From NCBI GenBank assembly GCA_965644295.1, contig CBFFRP010000297.1:930001-994000 (forward strand): a DNA stretch of 64,000 nucleotides, written 5' to 3'. The translations under genes and the position numbers were made by a program. The notes below the pieces were generated by a model. That model was not told the origin of the DNA. It saw nothing but the letters and a program-made list of their open reading frames with translations, and made no database searches. Below, in pieces: positions 1-13,375 of this stretch. Position 1 is the first letter of the stretch, and every line of letters begins with the position of its first letter. This DNA is from Paraphysomonas bandaiensis. Its lineage: Eukaryota > Protista > Chrysophyceae.

Positions 1-1155
1 CTTCTGTCTGTGTTTGTTAAGGTCCATATCTAGATCTACTGTACATGAACTCATTGATATCAATCCCTGTCTCTTACACTGCAGTCCCTGTTATATAGCT
101 ACTCCTTCCATGACAAACCATATACTCTCATATTGTTGTTCTGTTCTAAGTCTCACCCGTTCCTGATACCTGACACTCTCTATATAATTAGCCCAATTAG
201 TGTATGACATATAAAGACTTCTGTAGTGTATTCTCACTATATCTTAATGAAATTACTATATCACATAATACAAGAGCTACTGTATTGTATTGTATAGAGC
301 ATAGTCATGAATGTATGGAATAGTTTGTTTTCTTTGAGTTCCGTTCTTTGTTTTACAAGACAGTATCAGCTGCTCAAGAAGATTGTTCAAGACGCTTACA
401 TAAAATTGACAATTAAGTCCAGTATATAGATACAATACTGTTATATTCACGTTTGGCACAATTTTGAGTAAATATTTCTTGAAGGTACAGTCGTAGTATG
501 TGAATCATACAGGAATACGTTTCAATTTATAGCAATTAATGCATTGTCAATTATTGAAATTGGGACAACAAAAAATAATTGCAGTTATAATTTATAATAC
601 ATAAAAGGTATCTAGATCTCAACATAAAATATATCAAGCAGCAGAAGCGAGCACGTCTTAGCAACATGCAAACTCAATACCCCAGCACGAAGCACATGCA
701 TGCCACAACCAATCAGGTTGAAAGATTATTTAGTAGAGCTAAGATTGCTTTAACTTAAGTAAGCATCCCTAGAATCATAGACCGTGCAAGATTACACCGT
801 TCGATTTCCAACTCTACACTAGCTTCTAGCTGGTAAACTGAACTATTCCGCACGGTATGTAATTCTACACTAGATTCTAGCTTGTGAACTTAACTAGTCC
901 GCATGGTATGTATACATGTATGCTGCAATTTTGCAACATACACATGACCGAAGAAACCAATAAAATTAATGAGGGAAATGCATTAAAATAGCCACTGGTT
1001 TGTACTTGGGAACACACTGGCAAATTACGACCAAACCACAATCGTATTAGAAACAACACCTCTCATTTGACGCATAGTCAATAGTATACACACAGCCATT
1101 GTGGTTTCGAAACAAACACCACACAACTTCAGAGAATCCATTAGCCAATTTTGCG

Positions 1156-2961
1156 CTACGCACGGATGCCCATTGCACCGGAGTGGACAGTAGAGCTGTT
1201 CTTGCTCCTCCCACTGCGGTTCGAGGCGCCAGTCACGTTGGTGCTTGCTGAAGAAACAGAGCAATCATCGAATGCGCTACGTGGACTCTGAATGGATGAC
1301 GGTAGGTCCACATATGAATGGATCTTCTTCCCAGCGCGCACAGAAGGGCGATCAGGCACATTAATCGGCAGCACCAGTTTCGGAACAACGTTTACTTTGC
1401 CGTTGCTTGAACTCGATGCAGTCTCCGACACCACAGTGTCACTCACAGGGACAATCACACCCGTAGCTTCATCATCGTCTCTGAAAACACCGGGGCAGAA
1501 ATCGTGCAGATGCTGCTGTGAATTGGAGTGGGATACTGGAATAGGACTCTTCTTGAAGTTTGCCAAATTGGTAACTGGTGTAGAGTTCCTGCTCGTAGCG
1601 GCGCTGTTGGTGCCACTAGCGTTGCTCGCACCACTCCCACATCTGTACTTACTGTTACCAGCTGTGTGATGGTGACTGACGGGCGTGGTTGAGTATGATC
1701 CACTGCCATGGCCGGACTGCGATGCCTGTGGTGCGTGATGTACTGCATAAGTAGCTGGGGCGGCAGGAAGTAGAATGCGGTACGCCTCGGTGTGATGGGT
1801 GTGTCTCTTCACCTCTTCATCCTCATCCTCCACTGGCAACTGGCCCGGAGCTAGACCCCCAGAATAGAGTACAGGGGGGCCCGATTTGCTACGCCGACTG
1901 GAGGGGCTCGCGTGAGGGTGCTGTTGGTGTGCTGCTTGTTGCCGTGACGATGATTGGCTCTGAAACGCACCACCACTAGTACCTGCGGCTAGGGGGGAGC
2001 GGCCTTCTGTTACCGACCTGGAGAGCAACTCTATAATATGAGAAATTTCGTCAGGGTCCATTTGACTCGCAATTTCGAGGATAGCGCGTTGAGCTCCAGG
2101 GCGAACGCTGACATTTTCCCCACCTAGTAAACACATTAGTCCTAAAACCAAGATGTAGTAAAATTCGTACTTCCTCTGTATATCCTGGAGTGCTGCTGCT
2201 TTGCGCTCACAGAATTGTAAGTCTCTACCTCTGTAGGAGTGTCGGATAGGTCAGATATATTGCTCTCTAGATCAGAAGTGGAAATAACTATTGGTTGTTT
2301 CACCGCTGCACCAACTCGGTGGCCCGACGTGTTTTTGCGTGTAGATCCCGTCGCAGGCACCGAATCAGTAGTAAACCCTGCATCCTTCTTCTGTTGCATG
2401 ACAAGACTTTCTAAACTGTCGCGCTGTCGAGGGTCCAAACTCCCCAAGTATATGCTCTGTGAAAAAAATGAGAATTCATGTAGTTATGCAATAACTAACT
2501 AACATGGACTTCATCATCCGTTCGATCGTAGCCAACAGACTGAGAGAGAAAATCTTCGTGAGCACTGCAATATAGACCAGTTACATAACAATAGATACTT
2601 CAAAAGTACATACTCTGAAGCATCGGCATCTCTGGAGTTCTCACGTCGATGTAGAAGTTGCCGGTTACTTCTTGCGTTACCGCTATAAAACAAAAATAAT
2701 TACCATAATCTATATACATATATATATATCTATGTATGTCTATACATGTATATAAGGTATATATATAATGTATACGTGTGAATAATATGCGTACCTTCCA
2801 ACCCGTCGATGACTTCCTATAGCCCCTGAAGATACATTATTTCTTGTCGCATTAGCACGACGAGGAGATGTTCGACTAGGTGTAGGAAGCTGTTGTGGGC
2901 CACTTCCAGGTGATGGAGTCCCTCTTTGTCGAGGAGTAGTCCCTTTCGACTTTGACGACAT
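1156..2961 (-). CDS. Multi-exon hypothetical protein, Ser/Gly/His-rich and largely low-complexity
   Basis: ATG at 2961 (MSSKSKG...), GT donor at 2794, several short exons, and a long terminal ORF 1156-2151. No family recognised and internal exon boundaries not fully resolved. Confidence 0.6.
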
Positions 2962-3404
2962 GGTCTAGTGTTCCTCACAATCTAGTGAGTGTAAAGACCA
3001 AGATATCAACCCACTCTATGAGTGTTATATAATAACAATAATAAGAGCCACAGTTATATGCTGTAGCAATTACTTGGACACCTCCCTGTTGAGTTGTGAG
3101 ATGGGAGATGAGTATATATATATATCAGTGTAGATGTCGACGATCTCAGTGGTTATCAGGTTCTTGTGCATACGATGACATGATGATATCTCGACACTGC
3201 TGCTCCTGATGGTAAAAGAAAGTATCCAGAGTAGATGAAAACTGAAGATGTCTATATATTCATTGTATCTGCTGCTCGTGATGGATGGGACATAAGGGAA
3301 AGTAAAAACTGAAATCATATAAAAGTATTATGGTACTACGGTTGTATACCATACATGGTCTGTGTGGTATGTATATATATGGCTTCCAGATATGTATAGT
3401 CGTA

Positions 3405-3545
3405 TGCATCTTATTTTTCGGAATTAAATTGAGGCAAGCATCGTCTATATTACTGTACTGGAACTACGGCTGAAATACACATAATTGTTGTCTCAATATA
3501 TCAGGCATTTTTGAACAAAAACATACGAAGCATGCCGATACCGTG
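3405..3545. repeat. Dispersed ~150-bp repeat, copy 1
   Basis: Core aactacggctg-aatacacataattgtt-tctcaatat...ggcat-tttgaacaaaa-atac is shared with copies at ~29.9, 36.5, 41.1 and 44.8 kb. Confidence 0.7.
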
Positions 3546-3644
3546 TATATATATATGGACAATGCATAGCTTGCAGTATATATATGCATATATTAGTATT
3601 AATATTAATATTTATCGTCTACGTTTTGATTAAGTGAATTCGTC

Positions 3645-3962
3645 ATGCATTTTTGTCCTGTCTGCAGCAATATCTTGCTGATTGAAGAAGGAATGCAGGG
3701 GATGAGGTTCTGCTGCCCGACATGCCCCTTTAGACATAATATTACGAAAACATATACGAATGATGTCAAACTTAAACGAAAAGAAGTGGATGATGTATTA
3801 GGTGGAGCTGATGCTTGGGAAAATGTTGATAGAACGGAAGCAAGATGCCCCCATTGCCTCCATAATGAAGCATATTTCATGCAAATGCAAATCAGATCAG
3901 CTGACGAACCGAGTACAACGTTTTATAAGTGTGTAAACTGTATGAAGCAGTGGAATGACTAG
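3645..3962 (+). CDS. POLR3K: DNA-directed RNA polymerase III subunit RPC10 (C11)
   Basis: Two zinc ribbons (FCPVCSN; CPHC...CVNC), EVDDVLGG and the TFIIS-like QIRSADEP motif. Confidence 0.97.
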   Translation: MHFCPVCSNILLIEEGMQGMRFCCPTCPFRHNITKTYTNDVKLKRKEVDDVLGGADAWENVDRTEARCPHCLHNEAYFMQMQIRSADEPSTTFYKCVNCMKQWND

Positions 3963-5340
3963 GTACATAGCATATTATTCTGTATATATAACAATGTAAT
4001 AATACCGCAATCGGTTAATTAATTCCTCTTATATATTCGATTGAAGTGCGTCTGTTGTTACGATTCCAGGCGCTTCTCGTCGCCTTATTAGTTTAGTAGG
4101 ACATTGTGACGATTAGTACTGATCACGCTGGGTTTACAGAGCTGTTGAAGTTCAAATAGATCAAATGATCTATGATAGAAAGCTGTTTAGGACCAAAGTC
4201 CAGCAGTATAGCTCAAGCTAGACTAGTTTTCTATTGCCCTTGTTTCTCCCTCTAATCTACGGCTTGTACTTGCTGTGTATGTTGCTATTCTTGTTGTATC
4301 CATTGAGAGTGTTTTAAATGATATTACCTAAAAGCTAACGTGATCAAAAAAGAACAAACTAGCACCATAGATCAGAGTAGAGAATTATATAAACTCTAAA
4401 CGTTGTGCAATGACTACAATGTGTGGTTCCCTGTCCGACTATTAAGTTGTACTGTCGCTTAGCTCTTGCATCTAGATCAATTACATAGATTTCGAGTTTA
4501 TTTCCCCAAAACAAAGATAAATACTGACCTACGAACTATAAAGTTTTCTTTCCCATGTACGATGTAGTTACTCTCTGGAGGAACCTCAATACGACTGTAG
4601 CCAGAATGTTTTTGTGGCTTAGTAATGAATATTTACACTTATACAGTTGTGATACATAGAAAATTAAAGAAACGATGCCTAGAATATATATATACAACGC
4701 ATTGTCTGTTGATTAGTCAGTATATTTGTTGACCACAGTCTTGCCCCATACTGACAGCGTAACTAATCACTGCGTGCGGCCCTCTAGTGGGTGCTACCGA
4801 GTGTTGCGACCGCGCGCTTTCTACCTATGTTTACATTGCTTAGTTCAGCGGTTCCCCACCCGGGGTCTCACTGCATATTCAGCGCTGAATACCATGTGAC
4901 ATGTGATAATGATGTAGCTAGCAAATAACGTATGGGACTTAAATCAAGTATTAGTTAGGTACCCACCCGGCTCTATCTAAGTACGCGCTCAGAATGGAGC
5001 AGCTAATAAGCAGACTTTTAATATATTGAGCATTTTCCAACATTCCAGTTGCGTCAAATATTGTTTCAGCTCTCGAAAAATAGCTGAAGTAAAAATTTAG
5101 TGTATGAGTACGTTGTTATGTTGTTGCTCAGGAAAGTATTTCCCAACTCTGAGAGTATTAAGCTTGCTGCTGATAATGAACAAAGCTGCACAAAGTAGCC
5201 GTAGAGTTGCATAAACATTGTTTAAAATTGTTTAGAGGCTCTTACCCATTATTCAACAATTTATATAGTATTCCAGCATGTACTCTTTAGGCACAATCAT
5301 GCTCTTATAATTACCGTAATACTGTTACTGCGTGAGTTAT

Positions 5341-7998
5341 CTACTGCGGTACGATAATATGAAATGCAGAGTTTTCATCCATGCTACTCAAGCGATCATC
5401 ATTGGCCAAAGATGTTGCCATCAAGCTGTAAGCGTTGTTCAATGATTTGAATGAGTTTTGTCCGATATCCAATACATTGATTTTAGAAAAATCAGAACAG
5501 TGTTTGCTTACGTTTTCACAGCCCAAGATTTCAATTTTTGCCACCATCTTATCAATCAAAGTGCCAGCAATAGATAAAATTTGAACACGGGTCATTCCTA
5601 ACGTCTCGGCTTCAAACAAGGCAACAACTTGATCTCCACTGGGAGCATATACACAGTACTGGTATGCAACGTTATGTTGCAAAAGCGTGGCACTCGCAGG
5701 AATTGCTTTCACGCAATTCTTGAACCATTCTTCAGCTTTAGGGTAAGCTTTCATTTTTTCATTGTGATTAAGGTTGTTAAACATGGCAACCGCTTGTCGC
5801 CTCGCATTGACAAATGTTCTCGTAACGTATGAGTTAGTGTTACCAGAAGCCCGCAAATTATCTTTGATTATAGCTATCGTTTTAGAAGATAATGTGTCAG
5901 GATCAACCCGAGACAAATCAATGGAGATGTCCTTGATAACCGCACTCACATGTGATGATGAACGCACAAGCATAAGATATGCACCACCCCCTCCTTTTAA
6001 AACGCTGGCGCTAATGCTGACCGAGTTTTTAGTTCCTACACCGAGCCCCATCGGCAATGTCTCACGGAAACCAGCAAATCCCTTTCGAGACGACAGAGAT
6101 GTTGACGACGCCCAGTACAACGCAAACTCTTCGGCAGATTGCAAGTCATCCCCAACAATTTCATATGTCCACTTCAAACCACCGCTTATAGAATCCCACT
6201 CAAGTTTGGAAAGTACTGTATTTGAAATTTCTTCAATAAAGTCAACAATCACAGCCGAATCGAAGATGTCATCGACCACATTAGAAACAGCGATTTCCAC
6301 CTCCACAACATCACCAAATATATCAGTCTCTATACTACCAGTATACCATGCAGTGGAGCCTGTGATTGGATTAAAGGCATCATAACCCAATGCATTCATG
6401 CTGGAGGAGATACCAAATACTTGGCCTGATGATTGAGATCTCAATTGCACCCGAAAATAGTCATTGTATTTGGAGCCAAAATACCCTCCTGGTATCTCTG
6501 TTGTTTCAAAGCGATACCGTATGATCACGCTTGTGGTTCCAGCTGGAGTGGCAAAACTGCGACCTACAACCTGTTCTCTAAATTGTCCACTTGTATGCAA
6601 TATCATATCGTAATTAGTGCCCAACAATAGCCGACTGTGTAGGTGCCTAGTTGCAGTAGGGGTCAGCGATGTCAGAGAATGAGGTGCTGAATTCCTCTGA
6701 TTACGAACTTTATAAGCGGCAAATTCTACAGTACTTGAATTGCTGACGGCTGTTGGTCCTGGGTTTTCGTTGTGAGAGATAATATTAGCACTATCGTCAG
6801 CTGACCAACCCTCTAATGTGCCATTAGCAAAATCATTATTGTTAATATCACTAACATTGAGAGCCTGTGTGAAGATCAGAGTTTTCGCCCCGTCCAACCC
6901 ATGACCACCTCCATAGAATATATCAACATCTCCCGATGGTAATAAACGAATGGCCTTGAAAACAAGAGTTACCTCAGGTACGTGAGAAACTTGTGCAGTG
7001 CCATTTATGGTTTGTGCAGTGGCGATGACGCTCTGATCCTCCGCAACTGCAACAGTGACATTTACGCTATCCACTGCCAGTAAGGAACCAAAATAGTCAC
7101 GCACTACGACCGTAAAATTGGTATTTCCAGCCCACAATTTGACTGAAAAATAAACCGTTGCATAATCCACTGTTTGTCCCTTGAATGCAATGTTGTTCGG
7201 GCCATCGGAGAGCGGTCGGAAGAAAATGAGGTCTGAACCAAAGACAGTCATTGCATTCTCCACAGACACTCCATTGACTGAAAGTTTTTGATAGGTTATA
7301 TTAGGAAGAAACTCAATTCCATCACTCAAACGAAAATGCAAGTTGCTTGTTAAGGGCACAAATGTTGATGCATTGTGGGTAAGCAGAGTTACGGATGGCG
7401 TAATGAGGTCGCCAACATCTATTGTCTCGTGCTCGTTTTCTTCAGTGAGACGTGTGAAGTTTAACAAGGAGTATATATTTGTTTTTTTTTTGGTCCCTGT
7501 ATGTGCCAGTAAGGCCAGGCCAACGCCGCGATCATTCCCAACTGACAGCATTACATTACACGACAGAGTTAGATCGGATATAACATCTATGACTCCCTTG
7601 GCGGAAAAGGTCCATACTCCTTCTGGCGAGGCTGCCATTTTTACTTTGTGAAATATCTCATCATCTTTTGACAGCTTCCACTCCATGTGTTTATTATGTC
7701 CCTTTCCTTTCTTACGTTTGCCTTTGCTCTCCTTCAAAGACCCGCCCTCCAACACCGCATTGAAAAAGTTAGAACCAACAGTCATTGTGATATTATCAGT
7801 AATCGGGTCGATCCCGTCGCTATCATTGCCAAGAACAAAGGACAATTCTAGCTTAAATTTTACATCCGTGGATCCCTCTTTGTGCTTTAACTGTAGCATA
7901 TGCGCCTCAAACTGATTAAAATCCACGGCTGATACATGGGAGACTAATATGACGTTAAAGAACATATAGAGTGGAAAGGCGAGCATCAGATTCATCAC
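5341..7998 (-). CDS. Intronless secreted multidomain protein with a choice-of-anchor-L-like domain and a C-terminal peptidase M15-like (DD-peptidase/Hedgehog fold) domain
   Basis: 885-aa ORF with a hydrophobic signal peptide. Motifs EIPGGYFGSKYNDYF and IAVSNVVDDIFDSAVIVD, then VTRTFVNARRQAVAM, VSKHCSD..VLDI and ENSAFHIIVPQ. The ORF is clear; the domain calls are by eye. Confidence 0.6.
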   Translation of the reverse strand: MMNLMLAFPLYMFFNVILVSHVSAVDFNQFEAHMLQLKHKEGSTDVKFKLELSFVLGNDSDGIDPITDNITMTVGSNFFNAVLEGGSLKESKGKRKKGKGHNKHMEWKLSKDDEIFHKVKMAASPEGVWTFSAKGVIDVISDLTLSCNVMLSVGNDRGVGLALLAHTGTKKKTNIYSLLNFTRLTEENEHETIDVGDLITPSVTLLTHNASTFVPLTSNLHFRLSDGIEFLPNITYQKLSVNGVSVENAMTVFGSDLIFFRPLSDGPNNIAFKGQTVDYATVYFSVKLWAGNTNFTVVVRDYFGSLLAVDSVNVTVAVAEDQSVIATAQTINGTAQVSHVPEVTLVFKAIRLLPSGDVDIFYGGGHGLDGAKTLIFTQALNVSDINNNDFANGTLEGWSADDSANIISHNENPGPTAVSNSSTVEFAAYKVRNQRNSAPHSLTSLTPTATRHLHSRLLLGTNYDMILHTSGQFREQVVGRSFATPAGTTSVIIRYRFETTEIPGGYFGSKYNDYFRVQLRSQSSGQVFGISSSMNALGYDAFNPITGSTAWYTGSIETDIFGDVVEVEIAVSNVVDDIFDSAVIVDFIEEISNTVLSKLEWDSISGGLKWTYEIVGDDLQSAEEFALYWASSTSLSSRKGFAGFRETLPMGLGVGTKNSVSISASVLKGGGGAYLMLVRSSSHVSAVIKDISIDLSRVDPDTLSSKTIAIIKDNLRASGNTNSYVTRTFVNARRQAVAMFNNLNHNEKMKAYPKAEEWFKNCVKAIPASATLLQHNVAYQYCVYAPSGDQVVALFEAETLGMTRVQILSIAGTLIDKMVAKIEILGCENVSKHCSDFSKINVLDIGQNSFKSLNNAYSLMATSLANDDRLSSMDENSAFHIIVPQ

Positions 7999-8129
7999 TC
8001 AGTGAGATAATAACAAACAGGCACAATTAATTTATGGGTGGATTGTACGTCTGTTAGTGTGGATGATATGCTCGATATCGTATCATACCAGGACAACATA
8101 CTGGAAACTTCGGCTCCAAATTCTCCTGT

Positions 8130-8272
8130 AGTGGATCCTGAACTAGCACTAGTAATGGATCCTAAACAGACAGGTACTTGCAGTGGATCCTAAACAGACA
8201 GGCACTTGCAGTGGATCCTAAACAGACAGGCACTTGCAGTGGATTGTAAACAGCAGGCACTAGTAATGGATA
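8130..8272. repeat. Tandem repeat, ~28-bp unit (agtggatcctaaacagacaggcacttgc), ~5 copies
   Basis: Directly visible head-to-tail units with degenerate outer copies. Confidence 0.85.
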
Positions 8273-8756
8273 TGGGTGGGTCTGAAGGATCTTCTTTTCA
8301 GTTTAGTACTTGAAGTGACTGTATAAGATATGCATAGGGCACATAGATGTGTATGGTGTTGTATGCAGTTTGTGCAGTTTGTTCCTACCTGCAGTGTAGA
8401 AAAGGCAACGGGGGTATTCTGTCCGTATACAGCATCCGTTAACGACTACACCGAATATCGTGTTTTTTTCTACGCAAAGGAATAGTGTCTTATTTGTGAC
8501 TTTGGGCTGTCATCAACCAATAGAATAATACAGAATACTATTCTGTATTATGATATACACTGCTACTGTACAGTACATATGTATGTATATATATGTATGG
8601 GCAGCAGTATGAAGTGTTGACATCTTTGACTTCGACTTCATCTACAGAAAGAAGCGTATGCCAATTTAATGAAGTAAGTTTTATTTGAGTATATACATAT
8701 ATACACATGAATTCATATCATAATTAAGTATCTATTCAATCATTCATAGCATACAT

Positions 8757-11700
8757 ATGGAGACTATTAAGGTAGCTGTCTTAATAGATGGTGGATCATT
8801 TCTTGATGCATTCAAATATTTTCGTGATGGAAGAAAACCTACTGCACCAGATTTTAAATTAGTACTTGATAAATTATGTAAAACTGTGGCAAGCTCTCAT
8901 CCTGATAAGCATCTTATATGGGAACAACCAGATTTCTTTCATGCTACTACAGATGGAATGCCAAATATGTTTCATCGTGAATTACAAAATTTATGTGTAC
9001 GTGTAGAATTAAAAACATATAAATCACAGAAAGGTCATCCGATGGTTATTGGACCAAATGGGAAACCTGAGCTTGTGAAAGGAACTACACAGAGAGCTAT
9101 AATTCAAGTTGAGGTAAGGGGTATTATATATAGGAAGTGTAGTATTATTAATAAGCAGTGTAGCGGGGAGTGGATGTTGCATTAGCATGTCGTATTATGC
9201 TTAGAGCCATGGCTCCCCAGGCATCGTCTCGGTCAGACAAAATAGTTGTAGTTACTGGAGATAGTGACTTAGCTCCAGCTCTAGAAGAAGCGGAGAGGGT
9301 ACTGGGACGTAATTCAGTTATAGTGGTAGCTGGTAGACGTGCCATGTCGAGTGAATTAAAAAAATATGGTTTGGTGATGCCAAAAAGGTTATCAGAACCA
9401 TCGAATGTGCCATATGGTGACTCTATTCTCTATCTTGAGGATTTGATTTCCCAAGCATTCTCATCTCCTCCACCTGTTCCCCGACCGTCGTTCAGTGCAC
9501 CCAGCGAGACTATGTCAGCAGTGCCTGTCATACCCGCTCCTACTCCATTGCCTACGCATATTCCCGCCCCACCACCACGCCCTCCCGAACCACCTACCCC
9601 TGCTCCTATCGCGGCTAATGGCCCTCCCAGAGTGGAGTTGGTCAGTGCGAGGGGCACGGACGGTGCAATGACGTCGGGTGGAGGTGGAAAGGGGGTACAA
9701 GACTCGGGAACAGAGTCAATGACTTTGAAGCGTAAGGCTGCCACACTTCTCAATGAAGAGGGTGGATCTAGTTCTGAGAACAGAGAGGAGCGGAATGTAG
9801 ACGATGACGGAAACTCGGGTGGACAGGAGGCCCCGCGTAAGCGGAGTTGTGTTGAAAATATTGCGACTCTATCTGTACCTGAAAGCATATATGAACCGCC
9901 CAATGGGCATATTATTAAATCTGCATCTATTGCAAGCGGGGCACCGTCTTCATGCGTGCAGAGGTGTCAATCCTGCGGGCTCTCCCATGTCTCAGTACAA
10001 TGCCCTCGTGCACCACTGCTTACTTGTGATGAAAAAGTGTGTGCTAGTCCTAAGCGAACAGCATTTCCTAAAATTATTGCAGATCGATTGTGTGACATCC
10101 TAATTGATTATCCTAATGGGCTGCAAGTATCTGCTCTGTGCCAAATGTACAAGCGTACCTATTCCACAGCCTTGCGGTGTGATCTAAAGGCTGCAGGATG
10201 TTCCATGAAGCCCAAGGAATTATTGATAAATCACAGGAAGATAACAAATGTTAGGATAAAGAAGAATGAATACTGGATGTTAGAAGACTCAAAACGATTT
10301 GCTGCTACGAACCCCACTGTTACTATGTTGGATGCCGCTGACCGTGTAGCTGACATTCTTAAGAGTGCTGGTCAGGCAATGTCTGCAACTTCCATCAAAA
10401 GAGCGTACTGTGGCCAATATGATGAACTTCCAGTTCTGAAAACGAGAACAGGAAAGAAATTGACGTTTAAGAATTTCCTGGCCAGCGATCCACGGTTTGG
10501 GCATTTTTCTGAAAATGACATTGATTTCTGGTACGTTAAGGACAAATCTCCTGACAGTAACTCCGGCGGTACCGAAGAAGGACAAGTATTCAATGAGTTG
10601 ACAGAAGGTGAGTATGGTATCATTTCAATCTTATAAAAAAGTTACTTTTTCAAAAGGGAAGCGGTCTGCTGATACCAAAAGTATGACTGTTGGGTTTCTA
10701 GGGTCTCTAGATGAACTTCATACCCGTGTGTCGGACAGGTTATATGACATCCTAGCATCCGAACATCCGATTGCCCTGTCAATGACAGCCATATGCTCCC
10801 GGTATGAAAAAGTGGCTGGTACTCAGCTTCTTACTACTCTTAAAGAAGGCGGCTCGTCTTTCCATCCGAAACAGTTGTTGGCTTCGGACAGTCGAATAGT
10901 ACAGTTATCTATTGATGGTTGTGTAGCATGGACTGTTAAGGATCCAAATGCTGGTGATCGTGACCGGTGCAGTGAGAGTATACACTGCTCCAACGGGGAA
11001 GGAAGTGACAGGTTCGATGAGAGCATCGATGAAGATGACGACAATGAATTCTTCCGTTTCATTGATAGAGAGGGAGAACGAGGCCGTACCCGATCGGGCG
11101 GTTTATCCATTAGGCCAAGTGCTGATGAGCTCAACGCATTTCACTGCAAGATGAAAGATCGCGTGTTTGCCATTCTGACGTCGTCCTTGCCCCATTCTAT
11201 CACACTTAATGCAATTAACAATCGATACAAACGGGCATATGGTGTGACATTATTTGAGCATTTAGTGAGATTCGGTTCGAAAATGACTGCGAGAGAAATA
11301 TGTGCAACAGATCCGCGCATATCATCTACCATCAAAGGGAAAACCCAGTTTTATACTATTGTGAATCCAATCAAAAAGACTGTCCGCGTAGACACTGATA
11401 ACGCGACAGACGATAAGCTGGAAAAACGTGATGACTGCAAGCGCATTGATGTTTATGACTATTTTATTGACAGAAAAGGTGAGGTGGCAGAGGAGTCCAC
11501 TCCGAAGGTTTCCGAGGGCAAGTCGAGTTGCCCTCCACATGCTCCTATACCCCCGGCTCCATATCCGAAACGCTATAGTCCACCTCATTTCGACTCCAAA
11601 CCAAAAATGTTTACTGCGAAACAGCCTCCACTCCCGTATTCTTCCGCCCCATCTCCCTGGTACAACCCACACCCGGAACAGTTAGCACCCCCTTGGCGTC

Positions 11701-11930
11701 CTTGGGAGAGTCAGCAGCATGTACCATCTCGTCCTCCATTAGAGCATTGGGGTCATAACGAGTGGCACTCCCATACTGGAAGACAGGGAGCATCACCCTT
11801 AGCTCAGCCTCAATCGTCTCATCACAGTTCTAAGCCGTATGAGCCCGCTTTGCATGGGCCGTCCGCCTACTACGAATATATCAGTGTCCCGCCCACTACG
11901 AATTCCAATGAATATGTGTCTCGTAGATAG
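8757..11930 (+). CDS. NYN-domain RNase with four OST-HTH/LOTUS-like repeats (MARF1/limkain-b1-like); exons 8757-9113, 9164-10607, 10657-11930
   Basis: NYN motifs VLIDGG, RGVDVAL and VTGDSDLAP. Four repeats of DR(L/V)xxIL...Y, most ending DPR/DSR. Both GT-AG introns (50 and 49 bp) restore the reading frame exactly. Confidence 0.85.
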
Positions 11931-13375
11931 AATATTTCACATCAAGACTGTACATATGATAATGATAATAACGTTTTGGACGTGCGAGGTATTCGATAGG
12001 CAATCTGTATTGTGTATAGTGGGGGGGTTATATACGTCATGTAGTTATTGTATTTACTGAGTGCCAGATATCGGATATAGCGCCATTACAATCGCATACT
12101 CTATACAACTACTCAATGTTCTTGGAAATATTAATAATAAGTTTATAATTGATATATACTATACACGTGACTTGAGCGTTTACGCCATCTTCTCCGGTTA
12201 CACACTGAGTTATGAGTTAGCAGGGCTGCGTAACAATTCTCCTCCTTCAGCAACTTCGTCATCGCAATCTCACTTCGTTTAGTCCGCAGAAAGAACGTCC
12301 CGAAAAAGCCTCAATCCATAGCACAACATTGTTCTCATCAGTTCTATCCTGCTTCTCCCCTCTGTATTCGCTACCATACTGACTTTTGCTCATTTTATCA
12401 CTTATATCAGGCAAGATAGATTATTGTTGCATAATATACAATTGTGCCATTTCAAATAAAGCTCATCAAAAAATTTTACACTATGATATCTATCACTGAT
12501 AATCCTCCATCTTGAATCGTCACGATACTCCAGTTTCACATTTTTACAGCAGTGTCGCATTACAGTACGTTGTATATTGACTACGCTTTTGTTTTCACAT
12601 TGTATCTATCTTAGAGAAACACATGTATTCCAACATCCAACGGAAGCGTATATATATAGAAAACAAATATAACAACTCAACTAATATAAAATTCTATATA
12701 ATATTATATGGAACAGATATATTGTTATATAGTCAGCTATATTACTTAATGTTCGTTTATCTAGTGTTTGCTTTTTAGTCAAAGGTGGAACTATGTAACT
12801 ATAATTAGGGTATGATACGACAAGGGTGTAAGTTTTGCACCTACAATATATATTGGTCGCTGTATTTGGTAAATAGGGAGTTAGCCTACCCTATTAGATA
12901 TTATATCGCTCCGCAGCAACTTGTGCATCGCTGCAAGCACCATGTAATAAGCAGCTATCGGCTCTCTATTTTATATATATATAGTTTTATAATTGTGCAT
13001 ATTGTATAATATGTGTTCAAAATGGTGCATTTATTATTTATTATTATTGACCCTATGAATCGAGAGCTTCATATTGCTATTGATATAATATATTAATTGA
13101 TATAACGGAAGCAGAAAAAGAGATAACACAGAATTATAATAATGAAGACTAGCAAAATGAAGAATAATGACGAGAACAATGATTCATGATATTTACAGTA
13201 CATTATTATACTGGCTGGAGAATTCCGGGTTTTATATCCAGGCAAATAGATGATAGATGTGTATTGCCTAATTATCCAGAAATACAGTTATACTTTGCAT
13301 TTCCTATAATATTGTTGGTAGTCTCAGAGACATAATAAGAAGTTAGAAGTTAGAAGAATGTGATCTTTCTCGTGA

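Noticed and set aside
8130-8272. Possible CRISPR array
   Set aside because: No spacers; it is a simple minisatellite.
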